In this document: positions 15,141 through 28,395 of the stretch, in pieces
Layout of the letters: each line of letters begins with the position of its first letter
Numbering within the stretch: position 1 is the first letter of the stretch
Source of the DNA: Eledone cirrhosa
Lineage: Eukaryota
DNA: 64,000 nucleotides
Direction of reading: 5' to 3'
Assembly: GCA_964016885.1 (NCBI GenBank)
Contig: OZ024740.1
Span: 323,516,001 to 323,580,000 of the forward strand
Program-made: the position numbers and the translations under genes
The notes under the pieces: model-generated
Database searches by the model: none
Told to the model about the DNA's origin: nothing
The model's input: only the letters and a program-made list of their open reading frames with translations

Positions 15141-15340
15141 GGAACGAGTAGGACCCCGACGGCCGAGCTCAAGCCGTTTCGACGGCTAATTCTGGACTAT
15201 TTTAGTCCAGAATTAGCCGTCGAAACGGCTTGAGCTCAGCTGTCGGGGTCTTACTCGTTCCTATTACCCACTCTGCTACCCTAAGTATTGAGTACTTTGG
15301 TGCGTTATGGTCCACCTGGTTCCTTACCACATTTCCTTCG

Positions 15341-15342
<2 letters not shown>
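15140..15342. mobile_element. Family A fold-back mini-element (A1); tail-only fragment at 15462-15518
   Basis: Same arms and tail; (TA)n flanks. Confidence 0.85.
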
Positions 15343-15413
<71 letters not shown>

Positions 15414-15997
15414 TATACATATATATGTATATACATATAATATATATATATATATACAATATAACGGAGGAGTTGTGGTAAGGAAACAGATGGACCATAA
15501 CGCACCAGAGTACTCAATATATATATATATATATATATATATGGTGCGTGCGTGCGCGTGCGTGGGTGTGAGTACGTGTGTGGATATGAACATTAAATAA
15601 AAAACAACTTTGCAGACGATAGATTACAATGAAAATATATATTAATTTAACGCTTGATGTAGTAGGAAAAGAGTTTAGCGTTATATAAATGAAAACACTC
15701 TTAATATTATATATCTATATATATATATTTATATGTGTGTGTCTGCGTGTGTCTGCGTGTGTCTGCTTGTGTGTGTGTGTGTGTGTGTGTGTTTTATTAG
15801 CAGACTGGAGAAAGGGTAGTCAATCCCGAAAGAGTGTATATGTATTCGTATATATTGCTAAGATATGAGCCTTGTTACTCTCTTTCTTTCTCTGTCTCTC
15901 TCTATCTCTCTCGCACACGCGCGCGGGCGCACACACATACACATACACTTGTACACACATACACGCACGCACACACACACATACTCATAGACACACA

Positions 15998-16085
<88 letters not shown>

Positions 16086-16101
16086 TATATATATATATAT
16101 A

Positions 16102-16282
16102 TGAGTTCCGGGTTCAATTCGGGGTAACCACAGTAAGCTAGGTACTCAATACATTAGTAGAGTGTAAACATCATGTTTATTATAGAAATGGCTTTTACAT
16201 GACTAGAACTGTTTCATTCAAAAATGTCTTTTGAATGAAACAGTTCTCGTCCTGTAGAAGCCATTTCAACAATAAACATGAT
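16102..16282. mobile_element. Family D fold-back mini-element
   Basis: ~55-bp inverted arms ATCATGTTTATT..GTTTCATTCAAAA / TTTTGAATGAAACAG..AATAAACATGAT plus a 65-bp tail, in (TA)n. Confidence 0.6.
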
Positions 16283-16305
16283 ATATATATTTATGTATAT
16301 ATATA

Positions 16306-16340
<35 letters not shown>

Positions 16341-16388
16341 CGATTCCGCCCTGTCCGTCCCCTCAATCTTTTTAATTTATGATTATTT

Positions 16389-16422
16389 CTTCCGATGAAA
16401 GACTAGCGTCCGAAACGTTAAG
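16389..16422 (+). ncRNA. Degenerate minimal hammerhead, family E (element 16338-16520; second copy 39716-39749 on -)
   Basis: CTT-CCGATGA-AAGACTAGCGTCC-GAA-ACGT-T-AAG; the other copy has CAGATGA, so both differ from CTGATGA at the same position. Confidence 0.55.
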
Positions 16423-16879
16423 ACCCTCTTCCTGCTATTTCAAGCGTTAAACTAATATATTCTTTCCATATACTATACGTATAACAAAACGCTTGTTTTG
16501 TTATTTCTGTTTACCTTTTACATATATATATATATGTGTGTGTGTGTATGTGTGTGTGTGTAGTCTGAACTGCTAATGTCATGCATGACTGTTATCTATA
16601 TGACAGAAAGCAACGATGCTTGTAGTAACTGTCAACATCACGATTTACTAACTGCTGAGTCAACAACTTAGCTAACTTCTTCAAAGTGCGTCGCATGACT
16701 GTATTAAAATATATTCATAATTACATGTGAATGTAATAATGAAGCAAATAACAGATGCATTATTACTTGAGAGAACAAAGAGAAGATGTTGCATGTCAAT
16801 GCAGTTTTCATGCAGCATGGTGTTTTTATGCAAACACTTGGTAATCGTGTCGTTTTTGTTCTATCTTTTTTCTTTTTTT

Positions 16880-17847
16880 GGTTGCTGCGACGTTGTTGTT
16901 ATTGTTGTTGTTGGTGTTGCTGTTGTTGTTGATGTTGTTGTTTTGTTTTTTTTTGCTGCTGCTGCTGTTGTTGTTGTTATTGTTGTTGGTGTTGGTGTTG
17001 CTGTGGTTGTTGTTGATGTTGTTGATGTTGTTTTTTGTTGCTGCTGCTGCTGCTGTTGTTGTTGTTATTGTTGTTGTTGGTGTTGCTGTGGTTGTTGTTG
17101 TTGTTGTTGATGTTGTTGTTTTTTTTTTGTTGCTGCTGCTGCTGTTGTTGTTGCTATTGTTGTTATTGTTGTTGTTGGTGTTGCTGTGGTTGTTGTTGTT
17201 GTTGTTGATGTTTTTTGTTGTTGCTGCTGCTGCTGTTGTTGTTGTTATTGTTGTTGTTGGTGTTTGTGTGGTTGTCGTTGTTGATGTTTTTTTGTTGTTG
17301 CTGCTGCTGCTGTTGTTGTTGTTATTGTTGTTGTTGGTGTTGCTGTGGTTGTTGTTGTTGTTGTTGGTGTTGCTGTGGTTGTTGTTGTTGTTGATGTTGT
17401 TGTTTTTTTTTGTTGCTGCTGCTGCTGTTGTTGTTGCTATTGTTGTTATTGTTGTTGTTGGTGTTGCTGTGGTTGTTGTTGTTGTTGTTGATGTTTTTTG
17501 TTGTTGCTGCTGCTGCTGTTGTTGTTGTTATTGTTGTTGTTGGTGTTTGTGTGGTTGTCGTTGTTGATGTTTTTTTGTTGTTGCTGCTGCTGCTGTTGTT
17601 GTTGTTATTGTTGTTGTTGGTGTTGCTGTGGTTGTTGTTGTTGTTGTTGGTGTTGCTGTGGTTGTTGTTGTTGTTGATGTTGTTGTTTTTGTTGCTGCTG
17701 CTGCTGTTGTTGTTGTTGGTGTTGCTGTGGTTGTTGTTGTTGATGTTGTTGTTGGTGTTGTTGTTGGTGTTGCTGTGGTTGTTGTTGTTGATGTTGTTGT
17801 TTTTGTTGCTGCTGCTGTTGTTGTTATTGTTGTTGGTGTTGCTGTGG

Positions 17848-17897
<50 letters not shown>

Positions 17898-18195
17898 TTT
17901 TTTGTTGCTGCTGCTGCTGTTGTTGTTGTTATTGTTGTTTTTGGTGTTGCTGTGGTTGTTGTTGTTATTGGTGTGTTTTTTTGTTGCTGCTGCTGCTGTT
18001 GTTGTTGTTATTGTTGTTGTTGGTGTTGCTGTGGTTGTTGTTGTTGTTGTTGCTGTTGCTGTGGTTGTTGTTGTTGATGTTGTTTTTTTTGTTACTGTTG
18101 CTGTTGTTGTAGTTGTTATTGTTGTTGTTGTTGTTGTTGATTATGTTGCTGTTGTTGTTGTGGTGCTGGATTTTCGTTGTTGTTGTGTTGTTGTT
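16880..18195. repeat. (GTT/GCT)n low-complexity satellite with higher-order duplication
   Basis: GTT-rich; a ~270-bp block is repeated (GTTTGTGTGGTTGTCG near 17262 and 17545). Confidence 0.85.
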
Positions 18196-18216
18196 TTAAT
18201 AGATATATTTATATAT

Positions 18217-18352
18217 AATTGTTTCTACTTTTGGCACAAGGCCAGCAATTAAATCAGTGCATTACTGGTACTTTATTTTATCGACCCCGTAAGGATGAAA
18301 GGCAAAGTTAACCACGGCGGGATTTGAACTCAGAATGGCAAGGGCCGTAACT
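18217..18352 (-). mobile_element. tRNA-derived SINE, 5'-truncated
   Basis: Matches the full copy at 55193-55382. Confidence 0.8.
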
Positions 18353-18432
18353 TTATATATAATGTATGCTGTTATGTCTCTGGGAGGTCTGTAGTTTTCA
18401 AATGATAGGTAAAAGTATTTCTGACAGGTGCA

Positions 18433-18473
<41 letters not shown>

Positions 18474-18963
18474 ACACATGCAAGCAAACATGTGCACTCC
18501 ACGCCCACATGCACATACATACATCTACACAGACATTCACACAAACATACACTCACATATGTATACACACATTAGCACACACACATGTATACACACATAC
18601 GCACACAAATGCACACACGGACACACACTTACACACACACGCACACACACACATATGTATACACACACAGACACACACACATGCACATACACACACACAC
18701 ACACATACAAAGAGACACCCACACATGTATATACACACACAGATACACACACATGCACACACACGTACAAAGAGACACCCACACACGTATATATATATAT
18801 ACACACAGACACATACACAGGCACACACGCATGCAAAGAGACACACATACATATATACACACATACACACACACACTTACAAAGACACACAGATCCCCGT
18901 CTCTTCCGAGTATTAGTAATCCAGTTGTTTGATCAACGTGACAGCGTTCAACTTATATATATA

Positions 18964-19121
18964 TTGATTTAAAACTGCACTATCCACAAGTGTTTTTTTA
19001 GCCTTCATATCATGTTCTCCTGTTTTATCTGATGAAAACACAAATATTATTGCATGATGATGTTTGTTTTTGAAATGCGCATAATAAAATACATGGAACT
19101 CCTTTAACCATCTTTTGATCT

Positions 19122-19123
<2 letters not shown>
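18964..19123 (+). mobile_element. Family B single arm with intact HHR (19023-19089)
   Basis: Starts at the same TTGATTTAAAAC point where other copies invert; CTGATGA..GAAATGCGCATAATAAAA. Confidence 0.8.
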
Positions 19124-19162
<39 letters not shown>

Positions 19163-19447
19163 TGTTGTTGTCTGTGTGCGTGTGTCCTCATTTTTGCAAA
19201 GTCTATACAAATCCACATTTCTACTCCGATTAACTTCAAAATTGCAATGATATATTCCCTGCGCTCGAAAGATACTAACTGCAGCTTTAATTTTTCAATT
19301 TTCTGTTGTTAAAGGGGTGTTAGGCGCCGGTTATCGATCTCCATGGAGCCCTTATAATATCTGTATGTATGTCTGGGTGTCTGCATAACGACATTCTGAC
19401 GAACACATCATTGCTGACGTATTATCTTCGCTACATTTACACACACA

Positions 19448-19549
<102 letters not shown>

Positions 19550-19611
19550 CTTATATATACATATATACATGCACACACACATATATACACATATACATAT
19601 ATATATATATA

Positions 19612-20092
19612 TTTTACCTCGGCTGCGTTTGTCTGTTTCTCTCTTACTGCTTCCCCGTTCTCTCTATTGCTCTCACCTTCTGGCGCCCCCTCTGTCAGTT
19701 ACACTTTCTCTCGACTGACCTCTTCCTCGCATCTCCACTCACTCACTCTCTGTTTCTCCCCTTCTCACTTCCTCCCGTTTGGCTACTAGTGGGTTCTCTT
19801 CTTGCTAACATCTCACTCACGTAGGACGGTTTTTATCTTGATCGCTCATGAAATCCACCCAGATTATGCTGACCGGATAACCATGTTGCTTGTTTATTCC
19901 CATCTTTGCGTTGCTTTCTTCCTTCTATGTTGTTTATTTGTCTCACTCGCTTTGCGCGATTTACTTGTCACCAACCTGAGGTATATGATGATGAAATATC
20001 AATGATGGTTGGCAAATTACTGACGAAGGACTAATTTGATCATATGTAACCCATGTGCAACCACGCAGTATTCTTCTTTCTTCTCATGTTTT
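19612..20092 (+). mobile_element. Family F pLTR-like element with internally deleted HHR (3' fragment also at ~62970-63022)
   Basis: CAAATTA-CTGACGA-AGGAC-TAATTTG: stem I arms are intact but GAAA/stem III is missing; (TA)n flanks. Confidence 0.45.
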
Positions 20093-20476
20093 ATATATAT
20101 ATATATATATTGGTAAACGGAATAGAAAATGCTGACAAATTGTTCACAGTTGAAAAATGGTTTAATTAGGAATAAAAGAGTATTAGTGATTGTATGGGTT
20201 AGTATTCAGTTGTGGATTTAAGTTTTTAAGTTTTTACCGGTTGCGCATTTCTAAATGCTTTTCAAAAATAATTTTGAGATAGAGTGTCCGTGCTGTTTGC
20301 TCTGATCTGATTAGTTTTGGGAATTCTACCTGTTTTTATGTTAAAAAAGTGGCTCCAGCGTTACTTTGGTGTTGCAAAATTTCTTGTGGTCAAAACAATT
20401 TTGATTGGTCGGTAGAGGTCATGTGAATAAAAAATTGGTTTTGCGCCAAGATTGAGAAATGACTCTTTCACAACAA

Positions 20477-20568
<92 letters not shown>

Positions 20569-20640
20569 TAGTAGTAGTAGTAAGGTGTTCGATGTTGTGA
20601 TAATGGTTAGCAGCGATGTGTGTCAAATGGCTATTGAGAT

Positions 20641-20743
<103 letters not shown>

Positions 20744-20952
20744 GCAGAGTAATTCGTGGTGGCAGGGATGGTCAGTAAGAATGTGTCTGAAAGCAATGTC
20801 TGAAAGCAATGTCTGAAAGCAATGTCTGAAAGCAATGTATTTTAGCATGTCAAAAGATATTTTTCAGCTTTTGTCTTATACGGAGAAGTGCGTGTGTGTG
20901 TGTGTATATAAGTCTCTTTGTATGTTGACGTACGCGTGTGTATGTGTGTGTG

Positions 20953-20990
<38 letters not shown>

Positions 20991-21327
20991 GGTGGACCAG
21001 TATTTTTTCCCCCTGGTAAAATGGTGTACATTATTCGATTTTTTCAGTAAGATCGGTTCTCTTAATAGAACATCAAAAATCTTAACAATAAAAGGTGTGA
21101 AATGATATTCACTATATATATATACACACATACATATATTCACTATATACATATATATATATATATATATACATATATACATATATATACACATATATAT
21201 GCACATATATTTTTTTGTGTTGCACCATAGAGCATGTGTGTTTACGTAGGTCATTGTGTTTATATGTGGGTAGAGATGTGTGCTGATGTAGGTATGTATG
21301 TTGACGTGTGTATGTTGTGGGTTCGTC

Positions 21328-21938
21328 TTAGGGAGAAGTGTTTAGACGGGGTCCGTATTTGTTAATGAAGTAAGATTCCTTACTGATGCGCTGGGTGTGG
21401 GTGGCATTATCTTTAAATTTGTAGAGGGGAAAGATTCTGAAGTTGGGATGATTTTGGGCGGCACAGGTATCAATGTGTTCACTCAGTGGTATTTTCCTGT
21501 ATTCCCGTATTTTAATTTGGGATCTATGGACAGTCATGCGTTGGCGGAGGCTGTTTTTGGTCTGGCCTATGTATTGTTCTCGACAACCTGAACAAGTTAA
21601 TACATATATTAGATTTTTCGATGCACATGTGAAATTGTGTTTTACTATAAAACGTTGTCCATCTTTGAAATAGAATTCCGAACCCTCTATTAGGTTGATG
21701 CAAATGCCACAGTTGGGTCTATCGCATTTTTTTACTGTGGGTTTCGTTGTTGTGGTTGGAAGTACTTTGGCATGTGTTAAGATGTTTTTCATTGACTTGG
21801 ATTGTCTTTTGCTCTTTATGATATCGTGTGTTCGTAGAATTTGGTTCGTTCTATGGTCCTTTTTCAATACCGGGATGTTCTGGAGGATGGTGTCAAAGGC
21901 CTCATTGTTGAGGGGGTTGTGTGTGGAGATGTGTGTGG

Positions 21939-21940
<2 letters not shown>
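21328..21940 (-). pseudogene. 3' fragment of a PLE ORF (Zn-knuckle + GIY-YIG endonuclease, Neptune-type)
   Basis: [63 protein letters not shown]; frame open; 5' end abuts (TA)n. Confidence 0.9.
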
Positions 21941-21981
<41 letters not shown>

Positions 21982-22026
21982 CATATATACATATATATAA
22001 ATATACACATAAAGATATATGTATAT

Positions 22027-22063
<37 letters not shown>

Positions 22064-22108
22064 CATACATATAAACGCACACATATACATATATATATGC
22101 ATAAATAT

Positions 22109-22140
<32 letters not shown>

Positions 22141-22143
22141 GTA

Positions 22144-22189
<46 letters not shown>

Positions 22190-22192
<3 letters not shown>

Positions 22193-23495
22193 ATAATGAA
22201 ATGACAGGAGGCTGGATTTGTGTAAATCCTTGAAAGGTTTATTATACTATGATCATTTCAATGACAGGGTTCCGTATGAATCCGGTGATATCATCAGGTA
22301 TTCGAAATATAATACGTGAATGTAATAGGTAAAATCCATGGGGCTGAAAATCGAGACCCGACGGCGACCGCTATTCTGTTCCTTCAACCTCAGCCGGTCG
22401 CCCTGGAGTGACGTGGCTAAATTTTATAGTATGCTACTACCGGTCAGATGAACGAAAACAGAAAGGGATGGGAGCATAAGTTAACGTCGATCCCAAGACA
22501 CAAGGTAAAAGAAAGTAAGAAAGGAAGGAGAGAGAAGAAGGGGGAAGAAAGAAGAAGAGAAGCCAGGGTTAATGTCAGCTAAAAGAGGAAAGCAACTACT
22601 ACTGGTCAGATATAGGCAAGCAAGAGGGGGAAGGAAGATAAGTCTGCGGGAGGAAGACAGGAGGAGGGGAGAAGAGAAGGAAGGGAAGAGAGAAGTAGAA
22701 AAGTAAGGGTTGATGGCTACAAGAAGGAAGATAGAAAGAAAGAGGAAGAAAGGTCGATATTAATGTCAGACCACAGTCAAGCCAGGAGTGGCGCGAGAAG
22801 ATTTTCACAGGGACCCGCATCTTAGCAGAGGTGAATATATTGGGAGTCAGTGTTTTACAGTGTTTAGACTTCTAGGATGAAGTTAAAAAAATTAATAATC
22901 AATATTCAATATTAAAGAGGTTAGAAAATTTAAAGTTCAACAGTTTAACATTTAATTATATAATAGTTCCGATTTGTTCTGTAATTTAAAGGTACTATTT
23001 GGCGGTTAAAACACCGGCCGCGCCCCGGGCCCCATGGCGAATTAAGCCACGCCGAGTATTTTCATTTACTGAAAGAAGGGGAAATTTATTTTTCCAAGCA
23101 CTCCAGGTGAGCTCGTTCGCCAGGGAGCTGGTCGCGCCGCCATTAAAACCCACCCAACAGTCCGACAGAAAGTTGGAACTTTAAAATTTTGCTTAGAGAA
23201 GTAAAAGAGTAATGGTTGATAGCTACAAGAAGGAAGATAGAAAGAGAGAGGAAGGAAGGTCGATATTAATGTCACACCACATTGAAATGATCATAGTATA
23301 ATAAACCTTTCAAGGATTTACACAAATCCAGCCTCCTGTTATTTCATTATAATATTTAACTCCGTAATAGCACCACCAACTACAAAAACAAAGACGGTTG
23401 AACTGCTTTACGTTGAGTACTCTCTATATTATTGCATTACGATTGACCATACGGAATAGACCAGCTCTATACAGTGGTGAACCTCAAACCTGAAT
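22190..23495 (-). mobile_element. Family G non-coding PLE derivative with inverted 5' arm and ~145-bp tail
   Basis: 22190-22262 is mirrored at 23281-23352; tail matches 58757-58900; internal ~85-bp duplication (22690 vs 23195). Confidence 0.75.
22244..22301 (-). ncRNA. Type I hammerhead, family G
   Basis: ATAC-CTGATGA-[TATCACCGGATTCATACGGAACCCTGTCATT]-GAA-ATGATCAT-A-GTAT-AATAAA. Confidence 0.75.
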
Positions 23496-23519
23496 AAATA
23501 TATATATACACACACAGAT

Positions 23520-24209
23520 AAATTGTAGGACGCTTTAACCCGTCTTTTATTATTCAAAACACTTCTTGCCAATAAACATTAACCCTTTGTGCACCATTCA
23601 TCTAACTGTAAACCAACAAATACCAAGTAAACGGAGCGTTGACAAGAATAACGGTGAATGAATCTTCGAGGTAAGCAGTTTCCTCCCGAGCTGTTAGTTC
23701 ACGCGGTATTCTCTACTACACCTTTTCGTAATAATACCGAACAACGTACTGCTGGTCACTCCTTCCTCCAAAAGCCGTACAAAGCGGACAGGTGCATCGG
23801 GTGCAAATCTATACCAGGCCTACGCGAGAAATTCGCAAGGGACTGCACCAAGAAGGATAGAAAGAAAGAGTAAATTAATGGAAAGAGTGCGAATGAACTT
23901 TTGAGGTAAAGCCTTACTGCTATGACACTGGAACCTTCTGCCAACATAACCTGTGACTTTCACTTTCACATTTACTCCAAAAGGCCAAAGAAGAGGAGTA
24001 TGAAAAGAAGGGGCTCAACAATATTTCTATGAACAATGCAAGTAGACAGCTAAACTGTACTTTTCAACTTCTTAATTTTCTCCAAATAAAACAAGTTTCC
24101 TGTCGGTATATTTTCGTGAGTTTTTAACAGGCACTCACAAATAAACGTTTCTCATTGGAGGTGCTATTAACAATGTTCTTACCCGTGCAACGCCGGGATA
24201 CACTGCTGG
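23520..24209 (+). mobile_element. Helitron 3' portion (5' boundary uncertain); Helitron-like 5' fragment also at ~19150-19350
   Basis: 3' end CCCGTGCAACGCCGGG..CTGCTGG|T is near-identical to the 12424-12451 terminus. Confidence 0.55.
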
Positions 24210-24222
24210 TATTTATTAAAAT

Positions 24223-24268
<46 letters not shown>

Positions 24269-24339
24269 CAAGAAAGACAGTGTGTGTGTGTATGTGTGTG
24301 TGTGTGTGAAAGGGAGAGAGAGAAAGAGAGGGGGGGGTT

Positions 24340-24547
24340 GACAACACAATCGCAACACCTAGCAGTTTCGGCTTGTATTCGGCAGGCCTTTTGAAGAGTG
24401 TACTGAAAAGACTCGCCGCCGAATACAAGCCGATACAGCTATGCGTTGCAGTCGGATTATTACCTTCCTCTATACCTACTCTATTTCTTCCCATACATAG
24501 AGTACTCTCTGATTTGTAGTCTTCCAGGTCTCGGCACCGCAGTCTTT
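24340..24547. mobile_element. Family N fold-back mini-element
   Basis: GCAACACCTAGCAGTTTCGGCTTGTATTCGGC / GCCGAATACAAGCCGATACAGCTATGCGTTGC inverted arms plus a ~95-bp tail. Confidence 0.5.
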
Positions 24548-24578
24548 ATATCAATCTATCTATGTATCCATTTCCCCA

Positions 24579-24671
<93 letters not shown>

Positions 24672-24938
24672 CGAGAGCGAGAGAGACTTCGAGCCAATCA
24701 TCTGTGAAATGTATATAATGGTCGATATTTACTCAGACATTTTAAAGTGAAATTTCCTCGTATCAAACTAAATATATACGATCAGCTATAGAATAGCATC
24801 GAATGCCTATATCTGCACCACCTTCAGTAATCAACAAATTCACTAATTATCTTTAAAATATATTTATATATTATATGTATGTGCGTTTGTGTGTGTAAAA
24901 GTGTGTGTGTATCTTCATCATCGTCGTTAGATTATAAT

Positions 24939-25093
24939 TGTTTCTACGTTTGGTACAAGGCCAGCAATTACCCAGTGCATTACTAGTACTTTATTTTATC
25001 GACCCTGTAAGGATGAAAGGCAAAGTTAACCTCGGCGGGATTTGAACTCAGAATGGCAAGGGGCGTAACTCTATGCGTCAAAGCATGGTATCA
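24939..25093 (-). mobile_element. tRNA-derived SINE, 5'-truncated, with 15-bp TSD
   Basis: Flanked by TCGTTAGATTATAAT at 24924-24938 and 25094-25108. Confidence 0.85.
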
Positions 25094-26656
25094 TCGTTAG
25101 ATTATAATAGCAGACGGTTATAGTCCTCCATCACCACACATTGCAGCCTTTATAATCAGTTGTGGTACCGTGACCGGTTGATTAGTTCTGGCCCTCCGTA
25201 GTATAGGATACTTCAGATGGCTTTGAAATCAGGAGAAATATCGCAAAATTCTCAACACCATTCTAACAATTTCACCGATACACCATTCCTGAACTGGTCT
25301 TATCCATGCCATCTATAGATCCTAAACGTTAGTCTTAGGGGAAAAGCTATATCTAGCGGTGAGTCTGGGGCATTTGACTAAGCGGAATCCATCGCACGCT
25401 AGGTCTCAACACAGTCGATTTTTCCAAAGACAAATTGTGAGAAGAAGAAAATTAGAAAATGATGTAGAGAAAGAATAGAGACCAGTACTGGACTGGTCTG
25501 GTATTTTGTTTATCGATCACAAAATGAGGGAAGTCAAAATTGACCTCGGTATGATTTGATCTCATAGTGTAGAGAGCTGGAATGTATGCCACACAGCATT
25601 CTATCCATCGTTCTAGTGACTCTGCCTATTTACCGCTTGTGTGTTAATATAAAATGTCTCTGCACTAATTAAAACCTATCTGATTAAGTGTTGTTCGTAC
25701 TTTTCACATAGTTGAGTGATGATACTTGAATAAAATTGATTAGTGTCAAAAGCTATATTGATAGCAAGAAATTGAACAACGACCTCTCCTCACTGAGATA
25801 AAACATAATGTTAACAATACAACAGTGTTTGGAGTCTGGCCTGTAATTACAACTGGAAATAATCACTGGCACTGTAAACATTTTAGACAGGCGTTGAGAA
25901 CGGAAGGATCCTGGTAAGTTGATGGACTTTGCCAGTTTATTGTTCCCAGCAATGCGTGACTAATGAGGAAATAAGGGAAAATATGTAATACTTAATAAAA
26001 AAAAAAATTAAAACTGAGGCATATTCCTGGTTTTAGTAACAAGTTAACATATGTTACTGATATGTACATATACACATGCACACACGGCGCTTACACGTAC
26101 ACACACACTCCCAGCACACACAGAAATATGTAGCTCGATTGCATGGGTTATTCTATTAATGCTAACTTTGTATCAAAGACAAGAATTATTATAGCTTGTC
26201 ATTGGTACAAAGAGAGGTCGATCATTGAGTCTATTACCCTTTTGAGGCAGAAACTCATAAAACCGTCATGCTTTTATAATACAAAGACTGTTTGTTTTAA
26301 AATATATATATTTATCTAAAATCTTTCTATAATAATTATATGGAGGAATATTTGTTAAGTTATGTTCCAAACACCAGCTAAATAATGAGAAAGTTAGTTA
26401 TATTATTAAATCCCTACAAATACTTGATTGTTTCAAAAATAATTGAAAATTATAAGCAATGGATTCCATTGGAAATATGGTAGGAATGGGGTTAAAGAGT
26501 ACATATTTATCTAAAACAATTCTATCTTACTTTGATCTACTTTGTAACCATAAAGTGCAAACAAATGATTAATAACGAGAACGTTGAAACGTTAATACAA
26601 CATGATTTATAAAAAGTCTTTAATAAAAAAGTTGAATCTGAAGCAAAGCAGAGTTG

Positions 26657-26718
<62 letters not shown>

Positions 26719-26839
26719 ATACATGCATACATACATACAACCATATATGCATGCACCCTGCACTGACACAAAAGGAAAGACACACAAACACACACGGGTA
26801 CACACACATATATATATCATATATATGATATATATATAC

Positions 26840-26869
<30 letters not shown>

Positions 26870-26872
<3 letters not shown>

Positions 26873-27251
26873 AGATCAAAAGATGGTTAAAAGAGTTCCA
26901 TGTATTTTATTATGCACATTTCAAAAACAAACATCATCATGCGATGACATTTGCGTTTTCGTCAGATAAAATAGGGAGACATGATATGAAGGTTAAAAAA
27001 CACTTGTGAATAGTGCAGTTTTAAATCAACATATCATATGATATCATGTCTCCCTATTTTATCTGACGAAAACGCAAATGTCATCGCATGATGATATTTG
27101 TTTTTGAAATGCGCATAATAAAATACATGGAACTCTTTTAAGCATCTTTTGATCTTATATATTATTTATACTCCAGTCCTACAAACTGTAGAGTGCTACT
27201 TATCCGATATCTGCATTGTTTTATTGTACTACAATAAAACTCACCTCCTAC

Positions 27252-27252
<1 letters not shown>
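26870..27252. mobile_element. Family B fold-back element (CTGACGA core variant); intact HHR on + at 27057-27123
   Basis: Inverted arms, asymmetric centre, tail on the right, (TA)n flanks. Confidence 0.85.
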
Positions 27253-27284
<32 letters not shown>

Positions 27285-27369
27285 TACATATCTTACGTTA
27301 ATTATTTTCCATTTTGACGTTATAGTCACTTATATATTATGAAATACTGTTGGCTTCTTGCTCACAATA

Positions 27370-27425
<56 letters not shown>

Positions 27426-27850
27426 ATTTATATATATATATATAAATTCAAAGGGTATATATATATAATTAGATATAGTCACAGAAACATATATGAGTTT
27501 GGCAACCATTCACGGTGTGGCTCAATGAAGAATTAATTAAATAATTATTAATCAGAGCTATATATAAAAATATAAGTCCAAAGAATCATTAGATAAAATA
27601 TATACAGTATTTCCTCTCCCAATCAGTATAAATTAACCACATAAAAAATCATTTAAACGAGGCTATAAGTTTAAAATGTACTTATGAAGAAATAATAGAC
27701 AAATGACACAGATTATTTTCCGCGATGTACAGCCATATGACACTTATCTAATTATTTCTTCTGGCCTGTAGAAATTGACTAGACAACTAGTTAACTACAC
27801 GGAATTAGGTACAAAATAGAAGTTTGAAGAAAAAATGCACATCAATTCTA

Positions 27851-27885
<35 letters not shown>

Positions 27886-28283
27886 GTATCATTCATATTT
27901 GTTGGTCCAATTACAATTAGGCTTTGCTCGTTTATTAGCAGAATCTACGATATAAAGGCCATAGAGATAATATGGAATATTTTGTGCAGCAGAAATGGAA
28001 TGAAAGAAGACTTTAATTCTGGAAGTTAATGTCAGTGGTAACTTCGTCCAGGTTTATCAATAAGCAATAAGGTGATAACAAATATAATTGAAACGTCTAC
28101 CAGATCTATGTACCATACCGGTTTTCTGGTATGTTATTTATAGCAACAATTTGTGTTATATATGGATATGTGTGTTTGAGTCTGAGGTGTGTGGGTGTCT
28201 GCTGGATCTATATTTAGATAGAGTCATGTCATACGAACTTATATTTATCTATCTCTATCTATCTATTATATATATCTACCTAT

Positions 28284-28343
<60 letters not shown>

Positions 28344-28395
28344 CGGCATACCGAAAACGATAAATAATTATTAGCTATGTAACAAAAAAATGTGT

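Noticed and set aside
27920-28016. Peptide MEYFVQQKWNERRL resembling a Cys-loop receptor motif
   Set aside because: Very short, ends in TAA, no donor site or supporting exons
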